Assembly (NCBI GenBank): GCA_041393435.1
Contig: JAWKKD010000001.1
Location: 274,942-298,941 of the forward strand
From: Solirubrobacterales bacterium
Lineage (GTDB): Bacteria > Actinomycetota > Thermoleophilia > Solirubrobacterales > Solirubrobacteraceae
Reading direction: 5' to 3'
DNA length: 24,000 nt
Under the pieces are notes generated by a model. The model had not been told where the DNA came from. It searched no databases and saw nothing but the letters and a program-made list of their open reading frames with translations. Positions 7,648 through 14,649 of this stretch are shown here, piece after piece. The position numbers were made by a program, and so were the translations under genes. Numbering within the stretch: the first letter of the stretch is position 1; each line of letters opens with the position of its first letter.

Positions 7648-8355
7648 TCAGTCGAACAGGCGCGGGTCGTTGGAGATGACCCCGTCGACGCCGAGCGCTT
7701 CCAAGCGGGCGATCTGGGCGCGGTCGTCGACCGTCCAGACGTAGAGCTCGCCGCCCGCCGCGTGGATGCGGCGCACGAGCGCGGTGCTGACGAGCCGCCA
7801 GTGCGCCATGAGCGCGTCGGCGCGACCGCCGCGGATCGCCGCCGCGGCGAGGCGGGGCAGCACGGCCCGGTAGGCGTAGCCGATCGCCAGCGCCGGCGGG
7901 CGCTGCCAGGGCGAGCGCATGGGGTCGCGGCGCAGCTTGGGCACCGACCAGCCCAGGCGCAGGCCCGGCTCGTGCGTGCGCAGCGCGCGCAGGCTGTCGA
8001 GCTCCATCGTCGAGACGAGCGCACGGTCGAGCAGGCCGTGGCGGCGCAGCGCCTCGACCGCGCGCTGCTCGTAGCCGCGCAGCTTGAGGTCGACGTCGAG
8101 CTCGATCGCGGCGAACGCGCCGTCGGCGAGGTGCGCGAGCCCCTGCTCGAGCGTCATCGCCGTCCCGGCGCGCAGGGCGCCGTAGTCGTGGGCCAAGAAG
8201 AGCTCGCCGGTGCCGTCGGGATGCTCGGAGAGCACGTCGAACTCGATCATGTCCACGCCGTGGGCCAGCGCGGCGTCGAAGGAGGCGGCGGTGTTGCCGG
8301 GCGCGATGTGGTCGGCGCCCTTGTGGCCGACCCGGCGGGTCCTCACCGCTGACAT
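7648..8355 (-). CDS. Glycerophosphodiester phosphodiesterase (GDPD/UgpQ) family protein, 235 aa
   Basis: This is the internal ATG (8355) of the 839-aa composite ORF 7648..10167. The translation is [41 protein letters not shown]...LFLAHD...VWTVDD...[11 protein letters not shown], with GDPD catalytic His and TIM-barrel motifs. The start overlaps the nei stop by 13 nt. Confidence 0.85.
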   Translation of the reverse strand: MSAVRTRRVGHKGADHIAPGNTAASFDAALAHGVDMIEFDVLSEHPDGTGELFLAHDYGALRAGTAMTLEQGLAHLADGAFAAIELDVDLKLRGYEQRAVEALRRHGLLDRALVSTMELDSLRALRTHEPGLRLGWSVPKLRRDPMRSPWQRPPALAIGYAYRAVLPRLAAAAIRGGRADALMAHWRLVSTALVRRIHAAGGELYVWTVDDRAQIARLEALGVDGVISNDPRLFD

Positions 8356-9119
8356 CCGGGGCACCAGAACGTCGGCCGGTTGTCGTCGCCCTGGCCGCTG
8401 CGGCGGATCGGCGCGCCGCAGCGGGGGCACGGTCGGCCGGCGCGCCCGTAGATCTGCTCGAAGCGCTTCTGGAAGCCGTCGTGGGCCGAGCGCTGCATGC
8501 GCGGGCGCGTCTCGCGGACGATCCGCAGTGCCTCCGCGTCGGTCACCTCGCCGGCCGGGCGCCAGGGATCGACGCCGGCGGCGAAGCAGCCCTCGCACTT
8601 CCACAGGTTGCCGATGCCGGCGATCGTGCGCTGGTCGAGCAGGGCGTCGCCGATCGGCCGGGTCGGGTCGTCGCCGCGCAGGCGGCGCAGGAAGCGCTCC
8701 TCGTCGAGGTCGGGGGCGAGGATGTCGGGGCCGAGGCCGGCGATGCGCTGGTCGGCGCGAGCGCGGGCGGCGGTCATGAGCTCGAGGACGGGCCCGTCGA
8801 ACTGGACGGCCTCGGCGCCGCGGGCGCGGGCGACGAACCAGGCGCGCCGGCGGCCGCGGCGCCATGGCTGCCCGTCGCGGTACGTGCCCCAGCTGCCGGT
8901 CATGCGCAGATGGGAGTGGATGACGAGGTCGCCCTCGAAGCGGATGAAGAGGTGCTTGCCGAGCGCGTCGACGTCCGTCACGGTGCGGCCGGCGAGCCGC
9001 TGGGGCCAGCGGTCGGCGGCGAAGCGCGGGTGCGGCGTGGCCACCTCGTCGGGCACGACGCCCGCGAGGATCGGGCGGATGCGGCGCGCCGCGTAGTGGA
9101 TCGTGTCGCCCTCGGGCAC
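8343..9119 (-). CDS. nei: Fpg/Nei-family DNA glycosylase/AP lyase (endonuclease VIII, Nei2-like), 258 aa
   Basis: The N-terminal MPEGDTIH supplies catalytic Pro2/Glu3. There is an H2TH segment (...[23 protein letters not shown]...) and a C-terminal zinc finger CPRCG...CPGCQ. Confidence 0.92.
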   Translation of the reverse strand: MPEGDTIHYAARRIRPILAGVVPDEVATPHPRFAADRWPQRLAGRTVTDVDALGKHLFIRFEGDLVIHSHLRMTGSWGTYRDGQPWRRGRRRAWFVARARGAEAVQFDGPVLELMTAARARADQRIAGLGPDILAPDLDEERFLRRLRGDDPTRPIGDALLDQRTIAGIGNLWKCEGCFAAGVDPWRPAGEVTDAEALRIVRETRPRMQRSAHDGFQKRFEQIYGRAGRPCPRCGAPIRRSGQGDDNRPTFWCPGCQR

Positions 9120-9140
9120 GCTGCCCAGGGTAGGCGCGGC

Positions 9141-10373
9141 TCAGCCCGCGAGCGCGCCCAGCACCCGCGCCGCGTCGCGCAGCTGCGCCTCGGTGTGGCT
9201 CGCCATCGCCACCAGCCGCAGCCGCGACGTGCCGTCGGGCACGGTCGGCGGCCGGATCGCCTGCGCGAACACGCCCCGGGCGAGCGCCGCCTGGCAGCGT
9301 GCCATCGCGTCGGCGGGGTCGCCGATCACGAGCGGGACGATCGGCATGTCGGATGGCTCGACGGCGAAGCCCTGCGCCGCCAGCTCGCCGCGCAGCGCGC
9401 GCGCGTTGCGGTGCAGGCGGCCCACGACCGCGGGCTCGTCGCGCAGGATCCGCAGCGCCTCGGAGGCCGCGGCGACGCACGACGGGGGCAGCCCGGTCGA
9501 GAAGATCATCGTGCGCGCGGTGTTGACGAGCAGCGCGGCCATCTCCGCGTCGGCGCACGCGAACGCGCCGTAGCTGCCCAGCGCCTTCGACAGCGTCCCG
9601 ACGACGACGTCGATCTCGCGCTCGAGGCCGAGCTCGGCGACCAGGCCGCGGCCCGCCGGCCCGATCACGCCGGTCGCGTGGGCCTCGTCGACGACGATCC
9701 GCGCGCCGTGGCGGCGGGCGAGCTCGACGATGCCCTCGAGCGGCGCGACGTCGCCGTCCATGGAGAAGACTGCGTCGGTGACGATGGTGGCCCGCCGTCC
9801 GTCCGCGCGGTCGAGCGCGGCGGCCAGTCCGTCGAGGTCCGCGTGCGGGTAGACGATGGTCTGCGCGCGCGCGAGCCGGCAGCCGTCGACGATCGACGCG
9901 TGGTTGAGCGCGTCCGAGAGCACGACCTCGCCGGGGCCGGCGAGCGCGGCCACGACGCCCGTGTTGGCCAAGAACCCCGAGCCGAAGAGCACGCACGCCT
10001 CGGTGCCCTTGAACGCGGCAAGCTCGGCTTCGAGCTCGCGGTGCGGCGTCATGTTGCCGCAGACCAGGCGCGACGCCCCGCTGCCCGCGCCCCACTCGAG
10101 CGCCGCCCGCGCCGCCGCCTCGCGGACCCGCTGGTCCCCGGCCAGCCCGAGGTAGTCGTTGGAGCACAGCAGCAGCACGTCGCGGCCGTCGAGGCGCACG
10201 CGCGGTCCCGGGGCGCTCTGCACCTCGCGCAGCTCGCGCAGCAGGCCGGTGGACCGCAGGTCCTCGAGCACGGCGGCGACGTCCGTCAGCGCAACGGCCC
10301 GCACGTCACGCACCTCGCGGTCCAGCCGACCGGCAGCACCTGCACGACGAGCTTGCGCCCGCATGCCGTGCAC
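9141..10373 (-). CDS. bioF: 8-amino-7-oxononanoate synthase BioF (start codon uncertain)
   Basis: The translation is ...LLLCSNDYLGLAGD...LVCGNMTPHRELEAELAAFKG...GFLANTGVVAAL...SDALNHASIVDG...DAVFSMDGDVAPL...VDEAHATGVIG...GTLSKALGSYG (PLP-lysine motif). The longest ORF starts at ATG 10373 (also ATG 10364) and would overlap the small bsaP-like ORF by 88 nt. In-frame GTG codons at 10313 and 10304 give a much smaller overlap. Confidence 0.93.
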   Translation of the reverse strand: MHGMRAQARRAGAAGRLDREVRDVRAVALTDVAAVLEDLRSTGLLRELREVQSAPGPRVRLDGRDVLLLCSNDYLGLAGDQRVREAAARAALEWGAGSGASRLVCGNMTPHRELEAELAAFKGTEACVLFGSGFLANTGVVAALAGPGEVVLSDALNHASIVDGCRLARAQTIVYPHADLDGLAAALDRADGRRATIVTDAVFSMDGDVAPLEGIVELARRHGARIVVDEAHATGVIGPAGRGLVAELGLEREIDVVVGTLSKALGSYGAFACADAEMAALLVNTARTMIFSTGLPPSCVAAASEALRILRDEPAVVGRLHRNARALRGELAAQGFAVEPSDMPIVPLVIGDPADAMARCQAALARGVFAQAIRPPTVPDGTSRLRLVAMASHTEAQLRDAARVLGALAG

Positions 10374-10510
10374 CAGCGCGGCGGGTCGGTCGCCGCGCGG
10401 CGCGCCCGGCAGCGCTCGTGGTCGCCCGCGCCTGCGGGGCGCCCGCAGCCGTCGCAGTACGGCGCGTTCGCCAGCCTCGGGTCGGGCGATGTGGGCGTGA
10501 CCTCGCTCAC
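10286..10510 (-). CDS. bsaP: Small Cys-rich protein, probable biotin synthase auxiliary protein (BsaP-like), 74 aa
   Basis: The translation is [74 protein letters not shown], with three CxxC pairs. The GTG start overlaps the bioB stop (GTGA at 10507-10510). Its position immediately 3' of bioB matches Rv1590 of M. tuberculosis. Confidence 0.72.
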   Translation of the reverse strand: MSEVTPTSPDPRLANAPYCDGCGRPAGAGDHERCRARRAATDPPRWCTACGRKLVVQVLPVGWTARCVTCGPLR

Positions 10511-11502
10511 AGCCTCTTGACCAGCTCCTTGACCGGCATCGACAGCTCGGCCAGGAGGTCGAGGTCGTCCTGCGGGTCGCGGCCGAGCGTCGTCAGGTAG
10601 TTGCCGACGATCACCCCGTTGATCCCGCCGAGCACGCCCTGGCGCGCGCCGAGGTCGCCCAGCGTCAGCTCGCGCCCGCCCGCGAAGCGCAGGATCGTGC
10701 GCGGCATCGCCAGCCGGAACGCGGCGATCGCGCGCAGCGCGTCGGAGGCTCCGACCGGCGGCAGGTCGGCAAACGGCGTGCCGGGGCGCGGATCGAGGAA
10801 GTTCATCGGCACCTCGTCGGGCTCGACGTCAGCGAGCTGGGCGGCGAGCTCGGCGCGCTGCTCGAGCGTCTCGCCCACGCCGATGATGCAACCGCAGCAG
10901 ACCTCCATGCCGCGCTCGCGCACGAGCTCGACCGTGTCGCGCCGCTCCTCCCAGCTGTGCGTGGTGACGACCTGCGGGAAGTGCGAGCGCGCCGTCTCCA
11001 GGTTGTGGTTGTAGCGGTGGACGCCCATCTCGGACAGCTCGTCGGCCTGGGCCTCGGTGAGGATGCCCAGCGAGCAGGCGATGTTGAGGTCGACCGCCTC
11101 GCGGATCGCGTCGATGCCGTCGCGCACCTGGGCCATGAGCCGCTCGTCGGGACCGCGCACGGCGGCGACGATGCAGAACTCGGTGGCGCTGGTCGCCGCG
11201 GTCTGGCGCGCCGCCTCCACCAGCGACGGGATGTCGAGCCGCGCGGCGCGCACCGGCGTCTCGAACTGCCCGGATTGCGAGCAGAAGCTGCAGTCCTCCG
11301 GGCAGCCGCCGGTCTTCAGGCTGACGATGCCCTCGACCTCGACGTCGGGGCCGCACCAGCGCATCCGCACCTGGTGGGCCAGAGCGAGCGCCGCGTCGAC
11401 GCGCTCGTCGGGCAGGCGCAGGACCTCGAGGATCTGCGCCTCGGACAGGCCGTCCCCGCGCTCGAGCACCTGCTCGCGAGCGACGTCGAGGATGTCGGTC
11501 AT
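10507..11502 (-). CDS. bioB: Biotin synthase BioB (radical SAM), 331 aa from the ATG at 11502
   Basis: The radical-SAM motif is [13 protein letters not shown], and the translation also has ...[10 protein letters not shown]...[11 protein letters not shown]... The ATG at 11502 forms an ATGA overlap with the bioD stop and has GGAGGA 7 nt upstream. The longer ORF start at 11526 would overlap bioD. Confidence 0.95.
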   Translation of the reverse strand: MTDILDVAREQVLERGDGLSEAQILEVLRLPDERVDAALALAHQVRMRWCGPDVEVEGIVSLKTGGCPEDCSFCSQSGQFETPVRAARLDIPSLVEAARQTAATSATEFCIVAAVRGPDERLMAQVRDGIDAIREAVDLNIACSLGILTEAQADELSEMGVHRYNHNLETARSHFPQVVTTHSWEERRDTVELVRERGMEVCCGCIIGVGETLEQRAELAAQLADVEPDEVPMNFLDPRPGTPFADLPPVGASDALRAIAAFRLAMPRTILRFAGGRELTLGDLGARQGVLGGINGVIVGNYLTTLGRDPQDDLDLLAELSMPVKELVKRL

Positions 11503-12173
11503 AGCGGTTCCTCCGTGGTGATCCATTCACGTGCTCCGTCGGCGAACGCGGCCGGGTCCAACCGGCCCGCGCCCTCCGGAACGCGTCCAAGGACGGGCCG
11601 GCCCGCGTACGCGGGCAGGTCCCGTAGGTTGCAGCATGCGGCGAGATCGGGCTCGGCCGGCCACGAGCCGATGACGATGCCCGGACAGCGCAGGTCGCGG
11701 GCGGCGAGCGCCTCGCAGGTCAGCGCGGTGTGGTTGAGCGTGCCCAGGCCGGCCCGGGCGACGACCACGACCGGCGCATCGAGGCGCCGAGCCACGTCGG
11801 CCAGCGTCGAGCCGTCCTGCGCGAAGCGGACGAGCAGGCCGCCGGCGCCCTCGACGAGCACGAGGTCGCGGTCCTCGAGCCGGGCCACTGCGTCGGCCAC
11901 GGCCTGGGCGCCGAGGCCGGGCCGGCCCTCGCGGGCGGCGGCGGTGGCCGGCGCGAGCGGGTCGGTCAGGCGCAGCAGCTCGTGGACGTCATCGACGCCG
12001 CTGAGCCGGCGCGCCTCGTCGACGTCGCCGGGCTCGCCGGGCCCGACCCCGGTCTGGGCCGGCTTGACCACGGCCACCCGCTCGCCCCGCGCGCGGGCGC
12101 GGGCGGCGAGCGCCGCGGTGACGATCGTCTTGCCCACGCCGGTGTCCGTGCCCGCGACCGCGACGACCCTCAT
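11499..12173 (-). CDS. bioD: Dethiobiotin synthetase BioD, 224 aa
   Basis: [23 protein letters not shown] (P-loop GxxGxGKT), ...VKPAQTG..., ...[11 protein letters not shown]... Confidence 0.93.
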   Translation of the reverse strand: MRVVAVAGTDTGVGKTIVTAALAARARARGERVAVVKPAQTGVGPGEPGDVDEARRLSGVDDVHELLRLTDPLAPATAAAREGRPGLGAQAVADAVARLEDRDLVLVEGAGGLLVRFAQDGSTLADVARRLDAPVVVVARAGLGTLNHTALTCEALAARDLRCPGIVIGSWPAEPDLAACCNLRDLPAYAGRPVLGRVPEGAGRLDPAAFADGAREWITTEEPL

Positions 12174-12195
12174 GGTGCGCGGCGCGCCGGGCTCG

Positions 12196-13449
12196 TCACG
12201 CCTCCGCTCCCGCCGCGGCGACCATGGCGTCGGTCACCGCCGCCAGGTCGTGGTCGTCGATGACGTACGGCGGCATCGTGTAGATCAGGTCGCGAAACGG
12301 GCGCAGCCACACGCCGCGCTCGACCGCCGCCGCGGTGGCGGCCGGCACGTCGACGCCGTGATCGAGCTCGATGACGCCGATGGCGCCGAGGACGCGCACG
12401 TCGGCGACGCCGTCCACCGCGCGCGCCGGCTCGAGCCCGACGCGCAGTCCCCGCTCGATCCGCGCCACGTCGTCGCGCCATCCGCCGCCGGCGACGAGGC
12501 CGGTCGAGGCCAGCGCCACCGAGCACGCGAGCGGGTTGGCCATGTACGTCGGCCCGTGCATGAGCGCGCCGCCCGCCAGGTTCGTCGCCACGGCGGTCGT
12601 GGTGAGCGTCGCGGCCAGCGTCAGGTAGCCGCCGCTGAGCGCCTTGCCGACGCACAGCACGTCGGGCACGACGTCCGCGTGCTCGCACGCGAACAGCGTC
12701 CCGGTGCGCCCGAAGCCGGTCGCGATCTCGTCGGCCACCAGCAGCAGATCGTGCTCGTCGCACAGGTCGCGCAGCAGCCGCAGGACCGCCGGGTCGTAGA
12801 ACCACATCCCGCCGGCGCCCTGCACGACGGGCTCGACGATCACGCCCGCCAGCTCGTCCGCGTGACGGCCGACCAGGCCGCGCAGGTGCTCGGCGTAGGC
12901 GTCGTCCAGCTCGCGCGGCGGGCGGTCGGCGAAGACCTGCTCGGCCAGCGCGCCGGCGAACAGCGCGTGCATGCCGCCGACCGGGTCGCAGACCGACATC
13001 GCGGCGAACGTGTCGCCGTGGTAGCCGCCGCGCACGGTGAGCATGCGCCGCCGTCCGGGCCGCGCCTGGAGGCAGAGCTTGAGGGCGACCTCGACCGCCA
13101 CCGAGCCCGAGTCGCAGAAGAACACGTGCTGCAGCGGCGCGGGCGTCATGTCGACGAGCCGCTGCGCCAGCCGCACCGCCGGCTCGTGGGTGAGGCCGCC
13201 GAACATCACGTGGGCCATGCGCTCGAGCTGGTCGCGGGCGGCGGCGTCGAGCGCGGGATGGCGGTAGCCGTGGACGGCGCACCACCAGGAGGCCATGCCG
13301 TCGATCAGCTCGCGGCCGTCGGCCAGCCGCAGGCGGACGCCCTCGGCGGCGACCACCTCGAGCGGTGGCGTCGCGGCAGGCATCGGGCCGTACGGGTGCC
13401 ACACGTGGCGCCCGTCGAGCTCCAGGATCGCGTCGGTGACGTGCGGCAC
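12196..13449 (-). CDS. bioA: Adenosylmethionine-8-amino-7-oxononanoate aminotransferase BioA (417 aa from the GTG at 13449)
   Basis: Homology-like sequence begins at ...[20 protein letters not shown]... and continues with ...[11 protein letters not shown]..., [15 protein letters not shown], ...[11 protein letters not shown]..., [11 protein letters not shown] (PLP Lys). The first plausible start is GTG 13449 (VPHVTDAIL). The track ORF start (ATG 13764) would add 105 non-homologous Cys/Arg/Ala-rich residues spanning an AT-rich promoter-like patch. Confidence 0.92.
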   Translation of the reverse strand: MPHVTDAILELDGRHVWHPYGPMPAATPPLEVVAAEGVRLRLADGRELIDGMASWWCAVHGYRHPALDAAARDQLERMAHVMFGGLTHEPAVRLAQRLVDMTPAPLQHVFFCDSGSVAVEVALKLCLQARPGRRRMLTVRGGYHGDTFAAMSVCDPVGGMHALFAGALAEQVFADRPPRELDDAYAEHLRGLVGRHADELAGVIVEPVVQGAGGMWFYDPAVLRLLRDLCDEHDLLLVADEIATGFGRTGTLFACEHADVVPDVLCVGKALSGGYLTLAATLTTTAVATNLAGGALMHGPTYMANPLACSVALASTGLVAGGGWRDDVARIERGLRVGLEPARAVDGVADVRVLGAIGVIELDHGVDVPAATAAAVERGVWLRPFRDLIYTMPPYVIDDHDLAAVTDAMVAAAGAEA

Positions 13450-13533
13450 GGCCGGCCGGACCCTAGCGGCCGGGGGCGGCCGACGCTGGCGGATTCGACG
13501 GTGCCCTAGGAGATGTCCAGGCCACTCTCGGCG

Positions 13534-13557
13534 GTTCTTGACAGGATCTTGATGTTC
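13534..13557 (-). promoter_or_regulatory. AT-richer island with direct repeats upstream of bioA (candidate bio promoter/operator; function unproven)
   Basis: The plus strand reads GTTCTTGACAGGATCTTGATGTTC. TCTTGA occurs at 13536-13541 and 13547-13552 (11-nt period), GTTC at 13534 and 13554, and TTGACA at 13538-13543. It lies about 90-105 nt upstream of the bioA GTG. A TAGGGT (TANNNT) sits 10 nt before that GTG on the minus strand. Confidence 0.25.
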
Positions 13558-13986
13558 GCGCAAGGCGCGCCCGGCATGGTGGGGGCGTGTCCGGAGCGCT
13601 CCCCTCCTCGTCGCGGCGGCCCTGACGCCGGCGGCATGGCATGTCGGAGCATCCACGCGGGCCGTGGCCCAGCACGTCGCGCCGGCGGCGCGGCAGGCCG
13701 CCGGCCCGGGACACGCGTCAGCGTCCAGCATCGTGGTCCGCGGGCAGGACAGCCGCGGCGCCATGCCTGCGCTGACGCCCGTGGAGGGCGTGGCGGCGCC
13801 GCAGGAGCGCCGCCGGACGTGGGCGGTGGCCGCCGGGCCAGCGGCGAGCGTCGGGCACGCGGCGGCGCGGGCGCGCGCGCCCCGCGCTGAGGCGCCGGGC
13901 GGCGCCGGCCCCTGGCGGCGCGGCCGCGCGGCGCCGCCGTGGGAGTTGCTCCCGCTGAGCGGGCGAAACGTCCCAAGGGGTCGCGC

Positions 13987-14649
13987 CTACGCGCTCAGCG
14001 TGAGCTTGCGCGGGCCGGCCCGGAAGCCGAGCTCGACCAGCAGCGGCTCGAGGGCGGAGCCGACCACCGGCTCGCCGTCGACCTTCTCCAGCGAGCTTGC
14101 CCGCGCGCCCTCCGCGGACGAACTCCGCGAGCGCCGCGAGCGCGCCGTGCACCCGCGGGTCGTCGGGGCCGGCCAGCAGCTGGAGGCCGCGCCCGCCCTT
14201 CTCCACGAACACCACCGGCTCCGCGCCCGCCAGCACGACGTAGGCGCCGCGCACGCGCCGCGCCCGGGACGCCGTCTCGCCCTCGCGCCGTGGCCACGGC
14301 AGCGCCGCGCCGTACGGCTGGGCCGGGTCGGTCGCGGCGAGCACGACCGGCGCCGCGTCCCGGGCACCGCCGGCGAAGCCGGTGGTCGGCGCCCGCTGCG
14401 CCCGCAGGCGCTCGACCGCGCCCGGCAGCGCGAACTGCGCGCCGCCCAGTCCCTCCACGAAGTAGCCGCGCCGGCAGATCCCCAGCGTCTCGAGCGCCGA
14501 GAGCGAGTCGTACAGCGTCGAGAACCCGCCGGGCACGCCCTCGGCCAGGACCTGTTCGCGCGTCACGATCCCGTAGCGCTCGAGCAGCAGCTCGGCCACG
14601 GTGCGCCGCCGCGCACCGGGCTCCGGGTCGGCGCGGAAGATCGACGAGG
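13987..14649 (-). pseudogene. lhr: lhr C-terminal region, displaced out of the main lhr frame and back (two apparent frameshifts)
   Basis: Lhr C-terminal-domain-like sequence (GRWSLTSSIF...TVAELLLERYGIVTREQVLAEGVPGGFSTLYDSLSALETLGICRRGYFVEGLGGAQFALPGAVERLR...AYVVLAGAEPVVFVEKGGRGLQLL...HGALAALAEFVRGGRAGKL) is in the -1 frame relative to ORF 14650..18393. The last about 35 residues (SLEKVDGEPVVGSALEPLLVELGFRAGPRKLTLSA, stop 13987-13989) are back in the original frame (ORF 13987..14367). Confidence 0.8.

Noticed and set aside
7634-7652. Quasi-palindrome CTGACGTGTTCACGCTCAG between convergent stops, considered as a Crp site or terminator
   Set aside because: It has two central mismatches, a loop that is too short for a hairpin, and no TGTGA-N6-TCACA spacing.
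7648-10167. 839-aa minus ORF read as a single gene
   Set aside because: Only its last 235 codons (from ATG 8355) are protein-like (GDPD). The upstream 600 codons are an out-of-frame read-through of nei and bioF, which have their own clear frames.
13485-13500. TCGAATCC (minus strand), reminiscent of a tRNA T-loop
   Set aside because: The flanking bases cannot form a T-arm stem, and no acceptor, D or anticodon arms can be drawn. It is not a tRNA.
10957-13509. 850-aa plus-strand ORF antisense to bioB-bioD-bioA. The same judgement applies to 8481..10520 (+), 2222..4015 (+), 4308..5534 (-), 6937..8352 (+), 21805..23331 (+) and 19802..21241 (-).
   Set aside because: These are low-complexity translations opposite to, or out of frame with, genes that have unambiguous family signatures, and they have no independent start or RBS context.
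12196-13764. Long form of bioA starting at ATG 13764 (522 aa)
   Set aside because: The extra 105 residues have no aminotransferase similarity. They cross the AT-richer promoter-like island (13531-13560), where codon periodicity is lost, and the BioA-like sequence starts right after GTG 13449. The question is kept open under the intergenic-gap finding.
13513-13890. 125-aa plus ORF with AGGAG immediately upstream of its ATG
   Set aside because: The AGGAG abuts the ATG with zero spacing, which is not a functional Shine-Dalgarno distance. After about 25 residues the product is Arg/Gly/Pro junk, and the ORF phase does not match the periodic block at 13660-13860.
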